From assembly GCA_027021705.1 (NCBI GenBank), contig JALUTT010000105.1, positions 1 through 32,621 on the forward strand: a DNA stretch of 32,621 bases, written 5' to 3'. Position 1 is the stretch's first letter. Every line of letters begins with the position of its first letter. Below the pieces are notes generated by a model. The model saw only the letters and a program-made list of their open reading frames with translations. It was not told where the DNA came from and searched no databases. The DNA is from Anaerolineae bacterium (GTDB lineage: Bacteria; Chloroflexota; Anaerolineae; S140-20). This document shows, piece after piece, positions 1 to 6,838 of this stretch. The position numbers were made by a program, and so were the translations under genes.

Positions 1-209
1 ATCCCCTGGAAGCGGGACTGGTTGACCATCCGGCCCGTTGGGAGTTCTCGAACTATCGGGAATGGGTGGGAGAGCGGAACGGCACATTGGTAGATCGGGC
101 GCTGGTGCGCGAGTGGTTTCCATCTCCCGGAGAGTACGAGCAGTTTGTGATGGAATACACCCCGCCGGCGAAAATAGAGGCGGTTATGGAGCGGTTCAGA
201 TTGGAGTAG
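1..209 (+). CDS. 3' end of a REP-associated tyrosine transposase (RAYT/TnpA-REP, IS200/IS605-like Y1 HUH family), partial at window edge
   Basis: Manual translation from base 3 gives PLEAGLVDHPARWEFSNYREWVGERNGTLVDRALVREWFPSPGEYEQFVMEY...RLE*, stop TAG at 207-209. This matches the C-terminal (N)PxxAGLVxxPxxWxxS motif of RAYTs. A GTAG-footed palindrome follows immediately. Confidence 0.8.
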   Translation, partial: PLEAGLVDHPARWEFSNYREWVGERNGTLVDRALVREWFPSPGEYEQFVMEYTPPAKIEAVMERFRLE

Positions 210-216
210 GTGCGAA

Positions 217-251
217 GTAGGTGCGACGCACTTTGGAAGTGCGTCGCACCT
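217..251. repeat. REP-like palindrome next to the RAYT gene
   Basis: Perfect 15-bp arms AGGTGCGACGCACTT (219-233) and AAGTGCGTCGCACCT (237-251) with a TGG loop and GTAG at 217-220. Partial arm copies at 206-215, 253-266 and 268-279. Confidence 0.8.
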
Positions 252-294
252 GGTGCGTTGCACCTGATCGTCGCACCTGAAAACGGAGAGACAA

Positions 295-2223
295 ATGCTG
301 CCCAATCTCTTTTGCCCTCAATGCGGACGTTACCTGAGCCTGCGGCGGGCCTGTGCCTTTTGCGGCTACGAACGGCCCCCCACCGACCCCACCCCCGGCC
401 CCAACGGGCTGCTGTGGCAGAGCCAGGCTGGAGAGGGCCGGGTGATGGGGCTGGCCCTCTCCGGAGACCTCCTTGCCGTCGCCCTGCTCGTTCCGCCGCC
501 CATCTCCGGCGGAGAGCGCGGCGGGCAGTTGGCCCTCCTGGAGGCCACCACCGGACAGGTGCGCGATACCCTCCCCCTGCCCGCCGCCCCCACCGACCCG
601 CCTGTCGTGCTGGACGATCGCCTCTTTCTCCGCCTGGAAGGGGGCCTTCTCCTGGCCCTGGCCCTCTCCTCCAGCGAGGTCCTCTGGCAGCGAAGGGAGC
701 CGACGCTGCACGGGCGCGGGACGATCCTCACCACCCGTCAGGCGCTCTACCTGGGCGACAACGATGGTCGTCTCCACGCCCTCTCCCCCACCGACGGTGC
801 TCCGCTCTGGCCCCATCCGCCGGTGGCCCGCAAGAGCATCACCGCCGTCCCCCTCCTCCACCGTCGGCGCCTCTTTTTCGGCGACCGGGCCGGCTTCCTC
901 TACGCCTGCGATCCGCGCAGCGGGCAGCTCCTCTGGCCGGAACCGCCGCAGGTGGGCCGGCGCATCGAGGCCCCGCCAGTCCCGGCCGGCGACTTCGTCC
1001 TGGCCGTCGGCTCCCGGCCCGGCGGCGGGGAGGCCTGCGCCGTAGAAATCCCCACCGGCGAGGTGCGCTGGCGGGCCAACCTGCCCGGCGAGGTGCGGGC
1101 CGCTCCCCTCATCGTCGGCCAAACCGTCCACCTGGTCACCCGGCGAGGGATGTGGGTGCGGCTGGGCCTGACCACGGGGGAGGAGTTGGGGCGGGAGAAC
1201 CTAGGGGCAGAGGTGGCCGCCACGCCTCTTCACACAGGCGGGGCCATCCTCTTTGGCCTGGGCGATGGGCGGCTGCTCTTTGTGGATGCTGCCAGCGGGG
1301 AGCGGATGGCCGTCTGGCGGGCGCGGGGCCGCATCCGGGCCACGCCGCTGGCCAAGGAGGGCGGCATCGTCTTTGTCGGAGACGACGCCGGCTGGGTCAC
1401 CGCCCTCCCCTGGCATCGCGGCCTCTGGGATTGGGCGGCGTCCTGGTACAAGTGTATGGGATCGCAGCCGGCTGCCGACGAGGCTGCCTGCCACGCCCTT
1501 GCCGGTGACAACACCAACGACCTGACAGAGCGGCAACGCCACCACGAAACCGCGCTGCGTCTCTGGCTTCAACACGACCCTCTGAAGGCGGCCCGCTTCG
1601 CCGAGGCCCTGCTGGACCGTCCGCCGGAGGAGGTCGCCGCCACGCTGGAGGATGCCGCGAACCGTCTGGCCCCTCGCCAGCCCTGGCGGGCGTCCGACCT
1701 CTTGTGGCGGGCCGCTGATCTGTATGAGAGGGCTGAGCGCTCTGCGGACAAGGAGCGGTGCCAGGAGGCCATCGCTCGCCTGGAACCGGCCCCCGATGTC
1801 GTCGTGCGCCTGCTGGCCTTACCCCATTTCGTCGCCGGTCAAGTCGGGATGGTTGCCCTGGCAGTGCACAACCGGGGCCACGGGATGGCGCAAAGAGTGC
1901 GGGTGCGGATGGGCGGCGTCCTGCGCGACTGCCTGACTTTTGTTCTGGAGCCCCTGCTTGCCGGGCAGGAGGTGGAACTGCGGGCGAACGTCGCTCCCAC
2001 TGGCCCCGGCGTGCTGCGAGTAGAGACCCGTTACCAGGATGAGCGAGGCCACATCACCTATGGCGTACCCCTGGAGCAAGAGTTGGATGTACTGCCGTCC
2101 GAACAGCCTATCCGGGTGCGGGGAGAGATGAACGTCCTGCTCGTGCGCTATCATAAGGGCACCTCGCCGCCCCAGGTGGAGATCGAGGGGGCGGTGGGCA
2201 CAGTGGAGTACGAGGCCATTTAA
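295..2223 (+). CDS. PQQ-like (BamB-type) beta-propeller repeat protein with N-terminal Zn-ribbon, helical (TPR-like) middle region and C-terminal Ig/CARDB-like domain
   Basis: CPQC..CAFC at the N-terminus. Repeated blades such as LYLGDNDGRLHALSPTDGAPLW and LFFGDRAGFLYACDPRSGQLLW. Ala-rich helices, then LAVHNRGHGMAQRVRVR...YQDERG. No signal peptide. GGAG upstream. Confidence 0.75.
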   Translation: MLPNLFCPQCGRYLSLRRACAFCGYERPPTDPTPGPNGLLWQSQAGEGRVMGLALSGDLLAVALLVPPPISGGERGGQLALLEATTGQVRDTLPLPAAPTDPPVVLDDRLFLRLEGGLLLALALSSSEVLWQRREPTLHGRGTILTTRQALYLGDNDGRLHALSPTDGAPLWPHPPVARKSITAVPLLHRRRLFFGDRAGFLYACDPRSGQLLWPEPPQVGRRIEAPPVPAGDFVLAVGSRPGGGEACAVEIPTGEVRWRANLPGEVRAAPLIVGQTVHLVTRRGMWVRLGLTTGEELGRENLGAEVAATPLHTGGAILFGLGDGRLLFVDAASGERMAVWRARGRIRATPLAKEGGIVFVGDDAGWVTALPWHRGLWDWAASWYKCMGSQPAADEAACHALAGDNTNDLTERQRHHETALRLWLQHDPLKAARFAEALLDRPPEEVAATLEDAANRLAPRQPWRASDLLWRAADLYERAERSADKERCQEAIARLEPAPDVVVRLLALPHFVAGQVGMVALAVHNRGHGMAQRVRVRMGGVLRDCLTFVLEPLLAGQEVELRANVAPTGPGVLRVETRYQDERGHITYGVPLEQELDVLPSEQPIRVRGEMNVLLVRYHKGTSPPQVEIEGAVGTVEYEAI

Positions 2224-2278
2224 GTACAGTAGGTCCATAAGTGCGATACATCAACTTGGCACAGAGGAGGTATTTGCG

Positions 2279-2530
2279 ATGAAACAACTGGTCGAATTCC
2301 CCTTGGAAGACGGTGGCACCATCCTGGTCGAAGTGGACGTGCCGGAGGAGCCGGGGATGGTTCCGGCGGCGCGGGGCGAAGTGATACAACGCGCCCAGCA
2401 GACCTTCGAGGCCGCGCTGGAGAAGATCCGCCCCGCCGCCCAGGCCATCATCGGCCAGCTCCGCGCCCTCCACGACCCGCCCGACGAGGTCGAGGTGGAG
2501 TTCGGCCTGAAGGCAGTCCGTAGTCCGTAG
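2279..2530 (+). pseudogene. Trypco1 / CU044_2847-family protein, C-terminally truncated
   Basis: LVEFPLEDGGTILVEV...TFEAALEKIRPAAQAII...PDEVEVEFGLK is typical Trypco1. The usual tail (roughly xAEAGAxIA...ANFKVTLTW) is missing: right after EFGLK the frame enters a heptamer array and stops. Strong RBS GGAGG. Confidence 0.75.
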
Positions 2531-2560
2531 TCCGTAGTCCACAGTCCGCAGTCCACAGTC
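2514..2560. repeat. Heptamer tandem array (C/T)AGTCC(G/A), about 6.7 units
   Basis: CAGTCCG TAGTCCG TAGTCCG TAGTCCA CAGTCCG CAGTCCA CAGTC read directly. Confidence 0.9.
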
Positions 2561-2680
2561 AAGTGTTCACCCTCCCGCAGGTTGGGCGCGTTGCCGATGC
2601 GAAACCGTGCTTCCAATAGCCCATCGGGGCTGAAAGCGCCCTCGACCGGTGACCTGCGGGAGGGTAGGCTGAATGGGTGC
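2559..2680 (+). mobile_element. 122-bp MITE-like element, copy 1 (ends degenerate)
   Basis: Colinear with 6696-6817 and with the reverse complement of 25638-25759. Internal 14-bp inverted repeat ACCCTCCCGCAGGT/ACCTGCGGGAGGGT. Confidence 0.8.
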
Positions 2681-2870
2681 TATTCGTTCCGCCATTCGTT
2701 GACCGAGATGCCCGGCCTTTTGCGTCCGGGCGGGGATGGATATACTGCGGCGGGTGGGGGCGCGGGGGCGGCGCTGTCGGGGGCGAACCGGGCGGTGGCG
2801 GGAGGGACGCCGGGGGCAGGATGGCTCCGGGAGGGTCCGTCGGGGCGCGGGCCGGAGAGGGGCCGAGGCC

Positions 2871-3347
2871 CTACTCCCGGCCGCCCCGCTTCCCGGTCCG
2901 AAAGAGCCGGAGCCAGGATTCAACCTCTTCCGGGCTCAGGCGAATCGCCTCGCGGCGCTCCGGCGAGGCCGGGACCGAGGTCAACTCGGCGGCGAAGGTC
3001 TCTGAACGCATCACCCGGATGCCGCGCTGCTGGGCAGCCCGGATGATGGCCTGGTCCGAGGAGACGACGACCATCCCCTGGGGGTTGCGGGTCTGGCGGA
3101 GACGCCGGATGATCATCTCGTCGGCCGTCTGGCCCTGGGGCGCGAAGATGACCTGGACTCCGGCGGTGGAGAGGTCTCGGTCGGGGCCGCCGGGCAGGCC
3201 GGCGTCGAAGAAGACGGTGATCTGCCTGCCTGTGCGGGCCCGGTAACGGCGCAGTCGCTCCACCAGCCGGGCCTCGTCATCGGGGTCGTCCAGGCGCAGC
3301 CCCGGCGTTTTGGCGATCAGGTTGTGGCCGTCAATCAGGAAGGGCAT
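2871..3347 (-). CDS. NYN-domain (YacP/Rae1-like) ribonuclease
   Basis: MPFLIDGHNLI, VFFDAG, QTADEMI, VVVSSDQAI are the conserved acidic PIN/NYN motifs. AGGAG RBS before ATG at 3347. Confidence 0.85.
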   Translation of the reverse strand: MPFLIDGHNLIAKTPGLRLDDPDDEARLVERLRRYRARTGRQITVFFDAGLPGGPDRDLSTAGVQVIFAPQGQTADEMIIRRLRQTRNPQGMVVVSSDQAIIRAAQQRGIRVMRSETFAAELTSVPASPERREAIRLSPEEVESWLRLFRTGKRGGRE

Positions 3348-3378
3348 AGGGAACTCCTGGGACAGCAACTCGCCCATC

Positions 3379-3620
3379 TTTGGAACGGATGGCTGTCAGC
3401 GGATTCAGGAACGGATTGAGCGGATGAGGGCAATCCGTTCAATCCGTTCCCCAATCCGTTGACATCTCGTCCGCTCCGGCCACGGTGGGAGACACGAAGG
3501 ACACCAAGAGCTCAAAGAGCACGAAGCGGTGCGAAGGTCTGGACAAGCCCTCTTGGGAGCACCACCCCATCCGTTCCAAATCCGTTCAATCCGTTCCCCA
3601 ATCCGTTGACAGCTCGTCCG
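3379..3620. repeat. Nested palindromic repeat cluster built from ATCCGTT units
   Basis: Perfect 14-bp IR 3379-3392/3567-3580. Imperfect 32-bp IR 3394-3425/3433-3464. About 42-bp direct repeat 3432-3473/3579-3620. A CACGAAG/CACCAAG tract lies at about 3492-3526. Confidence 0.8.
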
Positions 3621-3639
3621 TCCGCCAACCAAGCCCCCA

Positions 3640-3781
3640 GAATCACTGAAGCACTGAGGGAGATGAAGACACTGAGCCTTGGGCAGAGCGGCCCAGGTCG
3701 TCGGCAAGGCCGTGACCCGACACCGGGGAGGGGGTGCATAACTCCTCAGTGAGTTCATTTCTTTCAGTTGCTCAGTGATTC
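3640..3781. repeat. Imperfect 37-bp inverted repeat (CACTGA units) around a 68-bp spacer
   Basis: GAATCACTGAAGCACTGAGGGAGATGAAGACACTGAG (3640-3676) vs CTCAGTGAGTTCATTTCTTTCAGTTGCTCAGTGATTC (3745-3781). Confidence 0.7.
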
Positions 3782-3806
3782 AACAGCTTTTGGTCACGCT
3801 CGAATG

Positions 3807-3836
3807 AAAAAAACCGGCCTTTGGGACCGGGCCGGT
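3807..3836 (-). terminator. Rho-independent terminator of the tRNA-Gln transcript
   Basis: Minus strand: ACCGGCC stem, loop, GGCCGGT, then a T run, about 40 nt after the tRNA. Confidence 0.75.
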
Positions 3837-3873
3837 GAGCGGGCAGCCAAGGCCACCCGGGCGATTCTCTAGG

Positions 3874-3944
3874 CTGGGGGACGTGGATTCGAACCACGAC
3901 TGACGGATCCAGAGTCCGCTGTTCTACCGTTAAACTATCCCCCA
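3874..3944 (-). tRNA. tRNA-Gln (anticodon CTG); CCA not fully encoded
   Basis: TGGGGGATAGTTTAACGGTAGAACAGCGGACTCTGGATCCGTCAGTCGTGGTTCGAATCCACGTCCCCCAG: acceptor stem, D-loop GG, anticodon arm GCGGA-CTCTGGA-TCCGT, T-loop TTCGAAT. Followed by CCT. Confidence 0.95.
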
Positions 3945-3961
3945 GAGCTTTCAGCGCCTAT

Positions 3962-3989
3962 ATTTTACCACAACTTCCCGATCTGGCAA
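3962..3989 (-). promoter_or_regulatory. Sigma70-type promoter for tRNA-Gln
   Basis: Minus strand TTGCCA-N16-TAAAAT, with an extended -10 TGn. Confidence 0.7.
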
Positions 3990-4042
3990 GGGCAGCATCG
4001 CGGTGATTACCTATAAGTGAGCGAGAGAGTGGTCCGTAGCAG

Positions 4043-4119
4043 GCCGTCCACGAATTCCTCACCAATGCACGAATGAGGCGGCCCTTCATTCGTGTATTCG
4101 TGCCCCATTCGTGGACGGC
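4043..4119. repeat. Palindromic element built from ACGAAT/ATTCGT units
   Basis: Outer perfect IR GCCGTCCACGAAT (4043-4055)/ATTCGTGGACGGC (4107-4119). Inner IR 4064-4076/4086-4098. A related right half lies at 2682-2703. Confidence 0.75.
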
Positions 4120-4209
4120 TAATCACCGGGTAGGGCTGGAGCACCGAAGATTCCCGAGGTCTATCTGGGTCCTGCCGCAGCATGGCCCCAACGGGCCGTT
4201 GACCCAGAC

Positions 4210-4238
4210 TTGACAGGAGTCCAAGCCCGGTCTACAAT
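4210..4238 (+). promoter_or_regulatory. Sigma70 promoter for the transglutaminase gene
   Basis: TTGACA-N17-TACAAT. Confidence 0.8.
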
Positions 4239-4307
4239 GGGGACAGGTGAACGGGTGGGCGGGCGGTGCGGCCGACAAAGGCGGACGGACGGGAAAGGGA
4301 AGATGCA

Positions 4308-6587
4308 ATGGAAGGAGAGAGGTGGCTACGCGAGGGATGGAGCACTTTGTTCCTGCTGGTCGGGGTCGTCCTCACCCCGGCTGTGGCCGTTGCTGCCTCC
4401 GAGTGGAGTGAGGGGCTGTACAACCCGGTCTGGGCAGGACTGGTTGGTCTGCTGGCCGGCTTGATGCTGGCCAAGAGCCGGTTCCCCGCCCCCATTGCCC
4501 ACCTTTTCAGTATGGCTTACGGGGGAACCTTAGTCGGCTACCTGGTCGGTCGAATGATCGGGCCCGGCCTCACCTGGCAGGAGCGGGTGCTCAACCTGGG
4601 GGAGCGGGTGGGGCGATGGGTCTACATCGCCGTGCGGGGGGGCATCAGCCGGGATAACCTGATCTTCATCCTGGCCCTCTGCGTCCTCTTCTGGGTCCTG
4701 GGCTACCTGGCCTCCTGGTACACCTTCCGGCGACGGCGGGTCTGGCGGGTGATCATCCCGCTCGGCGTCGTGCTGCTGGTCAACTACTACTACTACTTCG
4801 GCCCTCGCGATCTGACCCCCTACATCCTCGTCTACCTGGTCAGCAGCCTGCTCTACGTCGTTCGCATCCACCTGCTCTTCCGAGAGGAGCAGTGGCAGGA
4901 TGCTCACGTCCGCTACAGCAGCGAGATCCATTTTGATTTCCTGCGGGCCGGCCTGCTCGTGGCCCTGGTCGTGATGATGGTGGCCTGGCTGACGCCGCCG
5001 GCCTCGGACAACATCAGCCTGGGGCTGACGGTCACCTCCTTGGACGACCGCTGGCGGGAGGCCCAGCGGCGGGTGGGGCGGCTCTTCGCCTCGCTGCGCT
5101 CCTACCGCCGGGTCTACTCCAACCCCTACGGCCCCAGCCTGCCCTTGGGGGGAGCCCGCTTCCTGGGCGATGCCGTGGTGATGGATGTCTATGCGCCGCC
5201 GGGAGAGCGCTACTACTGGCGGGCCGCCTTCTACGACTTCTACGATGGGCGCTCCTGGGACCTCTCCGAGCATCGGATGACGGTCTTCGACACCGGTCTG
5301 GTGCCGAAGAACCCGATGGACCTCTCCATGCGCAAGGTGGTCACCCAGACGGTCATCCTCTACCTGCCCAGCGTGACGGAGCTCTTCGCCGCTCCGGAGC
5401 CCTTCCGGCTCAGCCTTTCGGTGCGGGTGGAGGGGCCGGGGCGGCCCGATGGCCTGCCGGAACCGGCGATCCTCTACAGCCGTCAGGTGATGCGGCCCGG
5501 CTACGGCTACCGGGTCCGCTCGGCCATCTCCGTCGCCGACCAGACCAGCCTGCGGATGGCCGGCCGCGACTACCCGGCTTGGATTCGGCAGCGCTACCTC
5601 CAGCTTCCCGAGACCATCTCGCCCCGGGTGAAGGCCCTGGCCCGGCAGATCGCCGGTCGCTATGACAACCCCTACGACCAGGCGGTGGCCCTGGAACGCT
5701 ACCTGCGGGAGAACCTGGACTACAACCTGGACGTCCCGCCGCCACCGGAGGGGCAGGACTTCGTGGATTTCACCCTCTTCGACCTGCGGGCCGGCTATTG
5801 CGACTACTATGCCTCCTCGATGGTTGTGATGGCACGCCTCCTGGGCATCCCGGCTCGGATGGCGGTGGGCTATGCCCAGGGGGAGTACCTGGCCGACAAG
5901 GGGGTCTACCGGGTGCGGGAGCGGGATGCCCATAGCTGGCCGGAACTCTACTTCCCCGGCTATGGCTGGATCCCCTTCGAGCCCACCGTCATCCAGCCTC
6001 CCTTGGTCCGTCCTGTGGGAGAGCCCCGCCTCACGGTGACGCCAACGCTGACGGCTCCCCCGGCCGGGGGGGGAACCCGCCCGACCCCTGATCGGGGGCG
6101 GGATTGGGATCGCCTGCGCGAGTTGCTGGGTGAGGACTTTCCCCAGGAGACGGACGTCCCGTTGCCCTCTCCGCCGGCATCGGCTCGCTTTCCCCTCTGG
6201 TGGGGAGGGGTGATGCTGGCCCTGGCTGCGGTGGGAGGCTTCGCCTACTGGTGGTCGGAGAGGCGAGGAATGGCCGGGTTGACCGTCGTCGAGCGAGCCT
6301 ATGCCCGGATGGAGCGCTTTGCCCGCTGGATCGGGGTGACTTTGCAGCCCTATCAAACCCCTTACGAGCGGGCTGAGACGCTGGTCACCGCCGTGCCCCG
6401 GGGGGAGGCTCCGATCCGGCGCATTGCCCACCTCTACGTGGCCGAGCGCTTTGGTCACGCCAGGGGCGATCCCGAGGAAGTGGAGTCCCTGTGGCGCTCC
6501 CTGCGCCCACTCCTCTGGAAGGGCTGGTCGGAGCGCCGACTGGCTCTGCTGGTGCGACGGCTGAGGACCCTGCGCAGGAGGCGCTGA
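4308..6587 (+). CDS. TgpA-like membrane transglutaminase-domain protein (N-terminal TM region, C-terminal DUF4129-like region)
   Basis: Several N-terminal TM helices; YYWRAAFYDFYDGRSW; catalytic motifs GYCDYYASSM, DAHSWPE, WIPFEPT; C-terminal QTPYERA...LYVAERFG. Start set at ATG 4308. Confidence 0.85.
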   Translation: MEGERWLREGWSTLFLLVGVVLTPAVAVAASEWSEGLYNPVWAGLVGLLAGLMLAKSRFPAPIAHLFSMAYGGTLVGYLVGRMIGPGLTWQERVLNLGERVGRWVYIAVRGGISRDNLIFILALCVLFWVLGYLASWYTFRRRRVWRVIIPLGVVLLVNYYYYFGPRDLTPYILVYLVSSLLYVVRIHLLFREEQWQDAHVRYSSEIHFDFLRAGLLVALVVMMVAWLTPPASDNISLGLTVTSLDDRWREAQRRVGRLFASLRSYRRVYSNPYGPSLPLGGARFLGDAVVMDVYAPPGERYYWRAAFYDFYDGRSWDLSEHRMTVFDTGLVPKNPMDLSMRKVVTQTVILYLPSVTELFAAPEPFRLSLSVRVEGPGRPDGLPEPAILYSRQVMRPGYGYRVRSAISVADQTSLRMAGRDYPAWIRQRYLQLPETISPRVKALARQIAGRYDNPYDQAVALERYLRENLDYNLDVPPPPEGQDFVDFTLFDLRAGYCDYYASSMVVMARLLGIPARMAVGYAQGEYLADKGVYRVRERDAHSWPELYFPGYGWIPFEPTVIQPPLVRPVGEPRLTVTPTLTAPPAGGGTRPTPDRGRDWDRLRELLGEDFPQETDVPLPSPPASARFPLWWGGVMLALAAVGGFAYWWSERRGMAGLTVVERAYARMERFARWIGVTLQPYQTPYERAETLVTAVPRGEAPIRRIAHLYVAERFGHARGDPEEVESLWRSLRPLLWKGWSERRLALLVRRLRTLRRRR

Positions 6588-6599
6588 GAGGAACCCCTT

Positions 6600-6628
6600 T
6601 TGCCGGGAAACCGAAGCGGGGGTATAAT
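6600..6628 (+). promoter_or_regulatory. Sigma70 promoter for the adenylate cyclase gene
   Basis: TTGCCG-N17-TATAAT. Confidence 0.75.
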
Positions 6629-6695
6629 GGGACTGTGGGAGCAGGAGGGCGGGGGGCCCTACCACCGCCGGTCCTGAGATGCTGATAACGCTGGC

Positions 6696-6817
6696 GAAAC
6701 TGTTCACCCTCCCGCAGGTTAAGCGCGTTTCCGACGCGAGACCGTGCTTCAAATAGCCCATCGGGACTGAAAGCGCCCTCGACCGGTGACCTGCGGGAGG
6801 GTAGGCTGGATAGATAA
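6696..6817 (+). mobile_element. 122-bp MITE-like element, copy 2, with target-site duplication
   Basis: GATAACGCTGGCGA occurs at 6684-6697 and 6813-6826. The core (A)CGCTGGC outside the element ends gives a 7-8 bp TSD. Confidence 0.85.
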
Positions 6818-6838
6818 CGCTGGCGAGGAGTGGAACCG

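Noticed and set aside
2559..2680. 122-bp repeat as a hammerhead ribozyme (contains CTGA and GAAA)
   Set aside because: The CUGANGA core and the required stem arrangement are absent; TIRs and a TSD favour a MITE.
1..3873. Integrative island bounded by a duplicated tRNA-Gln 3' end
   Set aside because: No att duplicate or integrase seen in the window; cannot be excluded further left.
4530..6761. Long antisense and alternate-frame ORFs (also 210-1508, 16137-17465, 18680-20359, 20622-22085, 22924-24735, 23721-25352)
   Set aside because: Shadow ORFs typical of GC-rich DNA; they overlap well-supported genes and have no recognisable motifs.
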